A stretch of 64,000 nt of DNA from Candidatus Omnitrophota bacterium (lineage in GTDB: Bacteria > Omnitrophota > Gorgyraeia > Zapsychrales > Aceulaceae): the NCBI GenBank assembly GCA_029564765.1, contig JAKQPK010000013.1, positions 219,164-283,163 of the forward strand. Direction: 5' to 3'. The translations under genes and the position numbers were made by a program. The notes under the pieces are model-generated. The model saw only the letters and a program-made list of their open reading frames with translations. It ran no database searches and was not told the origin of the DNA. Below, one piece after another: positions 20,653 to 27,903 of this stretch; the stretch's first letter is position 1, and each line of letters starts with the position of its first letter.

Positions 20653-22101
20653 ATGAAGATCCTTGTCCTTGTTCCTCCCAGTAAATTCGTCAAGAATGTT
20701 CCGCGTGATCTTGTCTATGGCTGCTGGTGCAAAGGAAAACGCATTGCCGGTATCCAGTTTCCGCCGCTAACATCGGTCATTGTCGCGACCGTCTTGCAAG
20801 ACGATGGGCATGACGTCACATTTTTGGACGCGGCTGGAGGATACAAGACTCTGGAATATGTGAAAGGCGTCGCGAAAGAAAAGGATGTCGTGATCCTTTT
20901 AACATCCACGATGACCGTCAATGAGGACGCGGAGGTCTTGGCACAGCTAAAAAGCGTCAATCCAAAGCTTATCTCCATTGTCTTCGGCTCACATCCTACG
21001 TTCTTGCCGGAAGAAACCTTGACAAAGAAGGGCATTGATATCGCGGTGCGCCGCGAATCCGAATATATCATTCGCGATCTGGTTCGCGCCTTTACCAAAA
21101 ATGACAACAGCTGGAAAAAAGTTCCCGGTATCGCGTTCCGCGAAGGTACAACAAGCGTTGTGAATCCCGACTATCCTTTGATCGAGAATTTAGATGCCCT
21201 TCCTTTTCCGGATCGCGCGATGCTGGATCCGTCAGTTGAGTATTTTAATCCGATCATCAAGCGCGCGCCATTTACCACGATCTACACCACGCGCGGCTGT
21301 CCGGGCAAGTGCACATTTTGTTCTTCACCATCCTTTTATGGCCGCAAGATCCGTTTTCGCAGTGCCAAAAGTATTTTAGAAGAATTGCGCATTATTAAGA
21401 AAATGGGCTACCGCGAAGTTTTTTTCCGTGATGAATTTTTTCCTGTGTCCAAAGAGCGTACGCGTGAGCTCTGCGAGGCCATGATCAGCGAAAAAATGGA
21501 TCTCACATGGATCTGCAGCGCGCGCGTGGGCACTATTGATGAAGAAACGATGCGGTTGATGAAAAAAGCCGGTTGCCATATGATCCGCTTTGGCGCAGAG
21601 TCCGGTGTTCAAAAGATCCTAGATAATGTGAAAAAAGAAATTCAAGTCGATGCGACCCGTGCAACCTTCGCGTCAGCCAATCGCGTCGGGCTCTCGACGC
21701 ATGCGCATATGATGATCGCGATGCCCGGGGAGACCAAAGAAACTATTGAACAATCTATCCAGTTTGCCAAAGAGATCAACCCGACGGTCGTCACGTTCGG
21801 AGTTATGACACCGTATCCGGGCACCGAAGTTTACGAAGAAGTGCGTAAAGCCCATCCCGAGATAGGTGATGGCAGCGCCTGTGATCTAAGCAAACTCCAC
21901 ACGCAAGGATTCTTCAATGAAGCCTTTACATCGCTTTCGCGTGAGGAAATTTCCCAGTACATCCGCAAAGCGTATTTTCAATTTTACATGCGGCCAAGTT
22001 ATATTTTTTCATGGCTTAAACGTATCAATTCGTTTGAAGAATTGCGCCGGGTTATCTTAGCCGGCCTTCAAGTGTTCAGTTTCGTAAAAGGCAACGATTA
22101 G
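20653..22101 (+). CDS. B12-binding domain radical SAM protein
   Basis: N-terminal Rossmann-like B12-binding region. CPGKCTFC (CxxxCxxC) radical SAM cluster motif in the TIM-barrel core. Confidence 0.85.
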   Translation: MKILVLVPPSKFVKNVPRDLVYGCWCKGKRIAGIQFPPLTSVIVATVLQDDGHDVTFLDAAGGYKTLEYVKGVAKEKDVVILLTSTMTVNEDAEVLAQLKSVNPKLISIVFGSHPTFLPEETLTKKGIDIAVRRESEYIIRDLVRAFTKNDNSWKKVPGIAFREGTTSVVNPDYPLIENLDALPFPDRAMLDPSVEYFNPIIKRAPFTTIYTTRGCPGKCTFCSSPSFYGRKIRFRSAKSILEELRIIKKMGYREVFFRDEFFPVSKERTRELCEAMISEKMDLTWICSARVGTIDEETMRLMKKAGCHMIRFGAESGVQKILDNVKKEIQVDATRATFASANRVGLSTHAHMMIAMPGETKETIEQSIQFAKEINPTVVTFGVMTPYPGTEVYEEVRKAHPEIGDGSACDLSKLHTQGFFNEAFTSLSREEISQYIRKAYFQFYMRPSYIFSWLKRINSFEELRRVILAGLQVFSFVKGND

Positions 22102-22116
22102 TTTTAAGGAGGCATT

Positions 22117-22995
22117 ATGAGCCAAGAGTTGGATGTTTCTATTCTTATTCCTGTGTACAACGAAGAACAAGCGATCAAGGGCATCATTGACCAAGTAAGC
22201 TCGGTCATGCAGAAAGAAAAATATTCTTACGAAGTTTTGATCGTCGATGATGCTTCTGATGATAAGACACGCGAAGAGGTTGCCAAGACAAACGCGCGTT
22301 TAGTGAAGCGTTCAAGCCGGGGCGGGGCAGGAGCGGCGCGTAAAACAGGTATTCGCGCAGCCCTTGGAAAGATCGTTGTCATGCTCGACGGCGACGGAAG
22401 CTATGAAATAAACGATATCCCCAAGATGCTTGCTTTTTTTCCTGAATACGACCAGGTCAATGGGGCCCGCACCAGTGAACAAGGAACCTTAAAATATTTA
22501 CGCGCGCCGGCCAAATGGTTCATCCGTAAGCTCGCGTGTTATTTGACCGATACCAATATCCCAGACTTGAACACAGGCCTTAAGGCCTTTAAAAAAGATA
22601 TCATGCTGCGTTATCTTTGGGTTGTCCCGAATGGTTTTTCGTGTGTTACCACAATGACCTTGGCGTTTTTGTGTAATGGCCATAGCGTCAAATATATCCC
22701 CACGAGCTATTATCCGCGTATCGGCCAGTCCAAATTCCACCCCGTGAAAGACACTTACCAGTATTTTCTAACGGTTGTGCGTATGGTCACATATTTTAAT
22801 CCCTTAAAGATCTTTTTGCCGATGTCTTTTGGGCTTTTCCTGATCGGCATTGCCAAGTCGTTGTATGATTTCTTTTTTGTCATTGGGCGCTTGCAGCAAT
22901 CGGATATCATTATCCTGTTGGCATCTGTCATGATATTTTCTTTGGGGTTGTTGGCAGACTTGATCGTCGCGCAATCCCGACAACACAGCGGCTAA
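22117..22995 (+). CDS. GT2 polyprenol-phosphate glycosyltransferase (DPM1/GtrB/ArnC-like) with two C-terminal TM helices
   Basis: ILIPVYNEE, DDASDD and DGDGS (DxD) motifs. C-terminal hydrophobic hairpin typical of Und-P-sugar synthases. Confidence 0.8.
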   Translation: MSQELDVSILIPVYNEEQAIKGIIDQVSSVMQKEKYSYEVLIVDDASDDKTREEVAKTNARLVKRSSRGGAGAARKTGIRAALGKIVVMLDGDGSYEINDIPKMLAFFPEYDQVNGARTSEQGTLKYLRAPAKWFIRKLACYLTDTNIPDLNTGLKAFKKDIMLRYLWVVPNGFSCVTTMTLAFLCNGHSVKYIPTSYYPRIGQSKFHPVKDTYQYFLTVVRMVTYFNPLKIFLPMSFGLFLIGIAKSLYDFFFVIGRLQQSDIIILLASVMIFSLGLLADLIVAQSRQHSG

Positions 22996-23000
22996 AATCT

Positions 23001-24932
23001 ATGTGCGGGATCCTGGGAGCCATCTATTTTAATGGTCAACGTGCCGATGCCGGCGAGCTTTTGCGTGCCGCGCAATGGATGAAACACCGTGGACCCGACG
23101 ATGAAGGCTCCTGGGCGAAAGAAAGTGTGGGTTTCGCGCACAAGCGCCTTTCCATCTTAGACCTTTCCTATGCTGGGCATCAGCCCATGGTTTCTGCCGA
23201 CGGTCAATCGGTCATTATCTACAACGGTGAATGTTACAATTTTAAAGAACTGCGCGCTGATCTTGAGCAAAAAGGCTACACCTTCCGCTCCCACACTGAC
23301 ACTGAAGTCATTCTTTACGGCATTGAAGAATACGGCACAGGTTTTATCAGCAAGATGAACGGTATGTTCAGCTTTGCCATTTGGTCGCAGAAGCGCAACG
23401 AGCTTTTGCTTGTGCGTGACAGGCTGGGCGTCAAACCTCTTTATATTTATCACGACCGTGAAAAACTATTCTTTTCTTCCGAGATAAAACCTCTGTTAAG
23501 CCTTGGCGTGCCCGCAACGCTCAATGAGAAAATGCTGAGTTTCTTCTTTTCTCTGCGCTATTGCCCAGGCGATGAAACGCTTTTTAAAGGTATTGCCAAA
23601 CTTTCTCCGGGCCATTTTATGAAGATCAAAAAAAACGGATCTGTTGAAAAACAATGTTATTGGTCGCTTTTGGATTGCTGGGATGTCGCGCCCTATACGC
23701 TTGCCCAAGCCAAAGACAGATTTTATGAACTCTTTTCTTCGGCAGTTTCTTTGCGCCAAATAGCGGATGTCCCCGTTGGGGCGTTTCTTTCCGGCGGCAT
23801 TGACTCAAGCGCTATTGTGGCCTTAATGAAAAAGAATGAGCCCAACGTTGAAAGTTTTACGATCGGCATGGGCTCTGATATTGACGAGTCGTACGCGGCC
23901 AAGCGTGTGGCGGATTTTGTGGGTATCAGAAACGACACCTTTGCGCTTCAAAAGGGTGATTATCGTCTTTACGAAAAAGCCCTTTGGCATCTGGAAGAGC
24001 CCATCGGTGATTCGATCATTGCTCCGACATATTTGTTAGCGCAGCGCGCGGCACAGCGCCTGAAAGTCGTTGAGCTTGGTGAGGGTGCGGATGAGATCTT
24101 GGGCGGTTACATTCATCAGCTGGCGCTTACCTATGGCGAAAGCTTTAAAACGCATTTTCCGCTCCTTTCTTCGCGCGTTATTCCTTCTGTTGCCAGGATG
24201 ATGCCGCAAGTTTTTTGGGAAAAGGTTTTTCCGTATCCGGCTCAGCTGGGCGCATCGGGTGTAGCAAAGGTCGTGGATTACCTTAAAAATACTGACAAGC
24301 TGGCCAAGCGCTACTTGGGGCTTGCCGGTTTATTTGAGGAAAGCGAAAAACAAAGCCTTTTTGCCGAAAAGTTTTACCGTGATGCGATCGCGCCTACAGA
24401 TGCCTCAAGTGTTTTTGACCAATTCTTATCCAAGCAAAAGAATCCTATTTTTCAAAACCGGCTTCTCGCTCTTGATCTTCGATATTGGAATACCGACTAC
24501 ACGCTGTTGCGTATGGACAAACTCACCATGGCGCATTCCCTGGAAGCGCGCGTGCCGTATCTGGATTACCGCTTAGTCGAGTTTTGCCTGAAATTACCCC
24601 GCGAGCTAAAAACAAAAGGTTTCAAGCAAAAGATCCTTTTGCGTGAAGCGCTTAAAGGCAAGAACCTTTTGCCCCAAGAAACGATCGCCGCGCGCAAAAA
24701 AGCTTTTTATCTTCCTATCGAAAAATGTTTTGATGAGAAGTTCCAAGGCTATATGAAAGATGTCCTGCTTTCGGATTCTCTGCGACAGCGTGATATCTTT
24801 AATATGCGAAGCATTGAAAAACTTTTGAGCGCGTCCAATCGTGAGCTTGTCAACAATAAGCAGTTGATGGCGCTTTTGGTCTTTGAGCTTTGGGCGCGGA
24901 TGTTTCTGGATGGGGGATGGAAGAAAGATTAA
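23001..24932 (+). CDS. Asparagine synthase (glutamine-hydrolysing)-family amidotransferase, long AsnB/WbpS-like form
   Basis: MCGI N-terminal Cys nucleophile (Ntn), SGGIDSS PP-loop. At 643 aa it is longer than housekeeping AsnB. Confidence 0.9.
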   Translation: MCGILGAIYFNGQRADAGELLRAAQWMKHRGPDDEGSWAKESVGFAHKRLSILDLSYAGHQPMVSADGQSVIIYNGECYNFKELRADLEQKGYTFRSHTDTEVILYGIEEYGTGFISKMNGMFSFAIWSQKRNELLLVRDRLGVKPLYIYHDREKLFFSSEIKPLLSLGVPATLNEKMLSFFFSLRYCPGDETLFKGIAKLSPGHFMKIKKNGSVEKQCYWSLLDCWDVAPYTLAQAKDRFYELFSSAVSLRQIADVPVGAFLSGGIDSSAIVALMKKNEPNVESFTIGMGSDIDESYAAKRVADFVGIRNDTFALQKGDYRLYEKALWHLEEPIGDSIIAPTYLLAQRAAQRLKVVELGEGADEILGGYIHQLALTYGESFKTHFPLLSSRVIPSVARMMPQVFWEKVFPYPAQLGASGVAKVVDYLKNTDKLAKRYLGLAGLFEESEKQSLFAEKFYRDAIAPTDASSVFDQFLSKQKNPIFQNRLLALDLRYWNTDYTLLRMDKLTMAHSLEARVPYLDYRLVEFCLKLPRELKTKGFKQKILLREALKGKNLLPQETIAARKKAFYLPIEKCFDEKFQGYMKDVLLSDSLRQRDIFNMRSIEKLLSASNRELVNNKQLMALLVFELWARMFLDGGWKKD

Positions 24933-24936
24933 GGGC

Positions 24937-24987
24937 AGTCGTTGGTCGATAGCATTTAGTATTTAGCTAAATACTAACGACTAAATA
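24937..24987. promoter_or_regulatory. Composite palindrome: 22-bp perfect inverted repeat TTAGTATTTAGCTAAATACTAA flanked by AGTCGT/ACGACT, with the half-site CTAAATAC repeated again 11 bp downstream
   Basis: Read directly: 24956-24977 is a perfect palindrome. GTATTTAG / CTAAATAC / CTAAATAC lie at 24959, 24969 and 24980. It sits 5 bp after the asnB-like stop and has no T-tract. Confidence 0.45.
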
Positions 24988-25017
24988 CCAAGGACAATCT
25001 TTTAACTGGGGGTGTTT

Positions 25018-25176
25018 ATGAAAGTACTCGGGAAATCAGTTAAAGTGTTTAAGATCAAGAATCGTCGCGGATATGCAGCACTCTGCAATGATCATTTGAC
25101 CGAAGGCTCTACGTCAGCCCAAGCCTGCGAGCGTATGGAAAAGGCGCTCAAGAGGACGGGGAAGAAGAGGAAGTAA
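25018..25176 (+). CDS. Small basic 52-aa protein (not in the ORF track)
   Basis: GGGGGTG SD-like 4 nt before ATG. MKVLGKSVKVFKIKNRRGYAALCNDHLTEGSTSAQACERMEKALKRTGKKRK. Weak resemblance to a half YegP/DUF1508-type fold. Lies in the AT-rich islet. Confidence 0.3.
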   Translation: MKVLGKSVKVFKIKNRRGYAALCNDHLTEGSTSAQACERMEKALKRTGKKRK

Positions 25177-25187
25177 AAAAGTTAGTT

Positions 25188-25241
25188 GAGTTTATAGAGT
25201 TTATAGAGCTTGTTGAGTCGGTTGAGTTTGTAGAGTTAACC
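25188..25241. repeat. Tandem 9-bp repeat array, 6 units, consensus GAGTTTRTA
   Basis: gagtttata gagtttata gagcttgtt gagtcggtt gagtttgta gagttaacc. Confidence 0.8.
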
Positions 25242-25330
25242 CAATGAACGCAAAGAACACAAGAAACCCAATCAACCCAATGAACACAATGAGCGCAACA
25301 AACCCGATGAACCCAACTAGCCCAAAAATA
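25241..25330. repeat. Tandem 9-bp repeat array, 10 units, consensus CCAATGAAC
   Basis: ccaatgaac gcaaagaac acaagaaac ccaatcaac ccaatgaac acaatgagc gcaacaaac ccgatgaac ccaactagc ccaaaaata. Directly abuts the first array. Confidence 0.8.
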
Positions 25331-25376
25331 GGTAGAAACGTTTTGGTTTTTCATTGGTTTTTCAGGAGGAAACGAT

Positions 25377-25565
25377 ATGGACAAGATATTTGATGCGTGC
25401 GTGGCTATATTGCTGGATATGGCAGCCTTCACCGGAACAACATACAAGACGATCAATGTGATTATTTTTTGTATTATTTGGCCGATCGTGACTTTGGCGC
25501 TTGTGCTTTTGACTTTGCGTCAACGTGATGTCATTAGAGATCTTAAAAAGCGCATTAATCGATAA
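25377..25565 (+). CDS. 62-aa two-TM small membrane protein
   Basis: Strong SD AGGAGGAAACGAT before ATG. Two hydrophobic helices and a basic C-terminus. AGAAACGTTTT, a degenerate copy of the AGAA-N3-TTCT element, lies 35 bp upstream. Confidence 0.5.
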   Translation: MDKIFDACVAILLDMAAFTGTTYKTINVIIFCIIWPIVTLALVLLTLRQRDVIRDLKKRINR

Positions 25566-25617
25566 GCAGAAACGCTTTGAGGGGTTTGATAGCGTGGAAT
25601 GCAAATTGAAGAGAGTT

Positions 25618-25659
25618 CAGAACGCTTCTAAATAAGTCGTTGGGATGGGGAGGGCGGGG
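25618..25659 (+). promoter_or_regulatory. Conserved upstream element, copy 1 (AGAACGCTTCT inverted repeat + TAAATAAG + G-tract block GGGATGGGGAGGGCGGGG)
   Basis: Aligns with copies at 26460 and 26782. About 73 bp upstream of ATG 25733. Confidence 0.6.
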
Positions 25660-25732
25660 TAGAAATATTTTGAGGTCTTTTGAAGTTTTGGGGTTTTCAG
25701 AATTTTATCATAAGTGGAAAGCGAGGCGGCAG

Positions 25733-26428
25733 ATGGAAGCAGCGAAGAATAAAATGAAGGACCGTCTTTCAATGGTCGTTGGCACGATCGCGAGGACTTC
25801 TTTTTTAATTTATTGTATTGTTGTTGGTGGCGGTTACTGGTTTTTGCGTTTTGGGTTATTCGGAAATCCACAACTGACAGTTGCGTGGTGGAAGATTTTG
25901 TTTGTCCTATGTGGCGGTTTTGTTTTATTGGGGCTGATGATCTCTGCCTTAAGAGATGATATTCTATTATTTTTTAGAAGGTCAGAAAATAATAAACATA
26001 TTGACCCAGCGAGATGGATAATCTTTTTGGGTATTTTTATTTTGTCATATTTCTTGTTGATCTGGGGGCAAGGGGTAAGCCAGGCTGCATATTTAAACAA
26101 TATTTTTAGAAATTTTATATATAGCCCGGTCCCTCGGCAAGTGAAGATCATCAAAGGGTCTTATCATGCGTGGCTTGGCGAGGAAGTTTCCGTGGAGTTT
26201 GGCTGCGATCTTCAAACTTTCAACAGGATCCTTCTTGATAAAGGCTATACGCCATTGACTTCGGCGCAAAAAGATAAGTTTCGTGGCCACTTTTTCCGTT
26301 GGGATGAGGAAGGGTTTTCTTTTTATTGTCGTGATGCCGTGATGAGCGAAAGAAATCCTTATCCATGTTATTTGTTTTGGAACGCCAAGGAGAATCGAGC
26401 GTATTTTTTTTATACAGTGCCGGATTAA
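25733..26428 (+). CDS. Hypothetical membrane protein: 3-4 N-terminal TM helices plus a roughly 110-aa C-terminal soluble domain
   Basis: GAGG SD 6 nt before ATG 25733. The ORF-track start at 25640 would translate the G-rich element and is rejected. AT-rich codon usage. Confidence 0.5.
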   Translation: MEAAKNKMKDRLSMVVGTIARTSFLIYCIVVGGGYWFLRFGLFGNPQLTVAWWKILFVLCGGFVLLGLMISALRDDILLFFRRSENNKHIDPARWIIFLGIFILSYFLLIWGQGVSQAAYLNNIFRNFIYSPVPRQVKIIKGSYHAWLGEEVSVEFGCDLQTFNRILLDKGYTPLTSAQKDKFRGHFFRWDEEGFSFYCRDAVMSERNPYPCYLFWNAKENRAYFFYTVPD

Positions 26429-26459
26429 AAGAATGAAACGCCTCAGGAATGAAACGCCC

Positions 26460-26502
26460 CAGAACGTTTTTAGATAAGTCTTTTGGGTGGGGATGGTTTT
26501 GG
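26460..26502 (+). promoter_or_regulatory. Conserved upstream element, copy 2 (CAGAACGTTTTTAGATAAGTCTTTTGGGTGGGGATGG)
   Basis: Preceded by the direct duplication CAGGAATGAAACGCC x2. About 43 bp upstream of ATG 26545. Confidence 0.6.
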
Positions 26503-26544
26503 CAGGCAGGATCGTTAGGGCATAAAAATAAATAAGGAGAGAAA

Positions 26545-26796
26545 ATGAATTCAATTTTAGCGCCTGTTCTAATCTTTGCTGTTGCTGTGTTGATCTGTGG
26601 GATCATCGCGCATTTTTTGACAAACCTTGTCAGGAAGAAGACATCGAATCAGGTTGTCGTGAATATTGCTTTTGCTGTCTTTATTTTCTTACTTTTGTTC
26701 TTGTTTTTTATGTGGGGCTCATCTCAGCCTTTGCGTCATTCAGATTTTCAAAGGTCAAGCTCCCAAAACCCCCAAAAACCCTCAGAACGTTTCTAG
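26545..26796 (+). CDS. 83-aa two-TM small membrane protein
   Basis: SD AAGGAGAG before ATG. Two TM helices. Its stop TAG lies inside copy 3 of the conserved element. Confidence 0.5.
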   Translation: MNSILAPVLIFAVAVLICGIIAHFLTNLVRKKTSNQVVVNIAFAVFIFLLLFLFFMWGSSQPLRHSDFQRSSSQNPQKPSERF

Positions 26797-26826
26797 ATAA
26801 GCTGTGGGGGTTGGGAAGAGTGGGTG
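26782..26826 (+). promoter_or_regulatory. Conserved upstream element, copy 3 (CAGAACGTTTCTAGATAAGCTGTGGGGGTTGGGAAGAGTGGGTG)
   Basis: About 62 bp upstream of GTG 26888. Preceded by CCAAAACCCCCAAAAACCC. Confidence 0.6.
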
Positions 26827-26887
26827 TAAGCGAGGGAAGATTGCTTTGGTCAATAGAGGCCTGCAGAAACAATGAAAGGAGATCATC

Positions 26888-27304
26888 GTGGCGGTAAAGA
26901 ATATCTACATTACGGATAACGATATGAAGCGATTGCGAGAATTGATCATGGTGGCAAGGCAATTCAAGAAAGAGGAAGAAAAATATTTGCAGGAACTGGA
27001 AAATGAGCTAAATCGTGCTCAAGTCGTCAGCGCTCAAAATATTCCACCTGATGTCATCACCATGAATTCCGAAGTCCATTTACGGGACCTGGAAACTCAT
27101 GAGGAGACAGCCTATCGATTAGTTTTTCCTGACCAGGCGGACGCGGGCGTAGGAAAGATCTCGATCCTGGCGCCGATCGGCACGGCCTTGCTGGGATACC
27201 GTGTCGGCGATGAGATCCAATGGCAGGTCCCTGCGGGTATAACCAAATTCAAGGTGGAGAAGATCCTTTATCAGCCTGAGTCCAGCGGGCATTATCATTT
27301 GTGA
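26888..27304 (+). CDS. GreA/GreB C-terminal-domain protein (Rnk-like regulator)
   Basis: C-terminal FKBP-like GreA/B domain: VVTMNSEVHLRDLETHEE..YRLVFP..AD...GKISILAPIGTALLGYRVGDEIQWQVP. Size matches Rnk at about 136 aa. Confidence 0.7.
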   Translation: MAVKNIYITDNDMKRLRELIMVARQFKKEEEKYLQELENELNRAQVVSAQNIPPDVITMNSEVHLRDLETHEETAYRLVFPDQADAGVGKISILAPIGTALLGYRVGDEIQWQVPAGITKFKVEKILYQPESSGHYHL

Positions 27305-27369
27305 AAAGAAGGGCAGATAAAAAGGACTGGCGTTTTTAGGATTTATTAACACAAATAACGGAGGGTAAT

Positions 27370-27840
27370 ATGGCAGAGCAAGGTCATTCATCACAAGGCA
27401 AGGGAACATTTCTTAACGTGGCTATTATTTTTGTCCTGGCGGTTTTAGCGATGTTGCTTTTTCAGCTGTTCCGCGGACCGCAACCAAGACAATGCCCGCT
27501 TTCACGCCAAGTGATACAGCAGGAAGTTTTCGCGCCTAAAGGTGCTGCGCAAGAAGAGGCTGTGCTGGTCGAGCAGGCGGCTGTTGTTCCTGCTGCAGTT
27601 GTTGCGCAAGGAAAATTTTTTATCCAGGCGGCTTCATTCCAGGATAAGGCCAAGGCCGATAGCGTGGCAGAGAAGTTAAAAGCAAAAGGCCATGAGGCGG
27701 TTGTTGAATCCAAAGACTTGGGAGAAAAAGGAATTTGGTATCGTGTGCACGCTGGGTCTTTTGAAACCAAAGAGCAGGCGCAAGAAGTCTTGAACAGCAT
27801 CAAGCAAGAGCACCCAGGGTCTTTTATTAAGGAGCGATAG
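27370..27840 (+). CDS. SPOR-domain (peptidoglycan-binding) membrane-anchored protein
   Basis: N-terminal TM and a C-terminal SPOR repeat: FFIQAASFQDKAKADSVAEKLKAKGHEAVV...WYRVHAGSFETKEQAQEV. Confidence 0.75.
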   Translation: MAEQGHSSQGKGTFLNVAIIFVLAVLAMLLFQLFRGPQPRQCPLSRQVIQQEVFAPKGAAQEEAVLVEQAAVVPAAVVAQGKFFIQAASFQDKAKADSVAEKLKAKGHEAVVESKDLGEKGIWYRVHAGSFETKEQAQEVLNSIKQEHPGSFIKER

Positions 27841-27903
27841 AGAAAAGATCAGGTTGGCCGTAGGTAGCGGACAGGTATTTTTTTTAAAGAACAGAGGACC
27901 ATC

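Noticed and set aside
25188-25330. CRISPR-like array
   Set aside because: The units are 9 bp and directly tandem with no spacers, and there are no cas genes in the window. This is mini-satellite, not CRISPR.
25148-25456. Minus-strand 102-aa ORF running through the 9-bp repeat arrays (…VHWVNSTNSTDSTSS…)
   Set aside because: Its sequence is a pure repeat-translation artefact with no RBS. It overlaps the well-supported 62-aa + strand gene start.
25640-25732. ORF-track start of the 232-aa membrane protein at 25640 (MGWGGRGRN…)
   Set aside because: This N-terminus is just the translation of the conserved G-rich upstream element. The ATG at 25733 with a GAGG SD at -6 is a far better start.
26461-26500. 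Possible sigma-54 promoter (TGGCAGG…) inside copy 2 of the conserved element
   Set aside because: There is no GC dinucleotide at the required 10-nt spacing from the GG, and the motif is not shared by copies 1 and 3.
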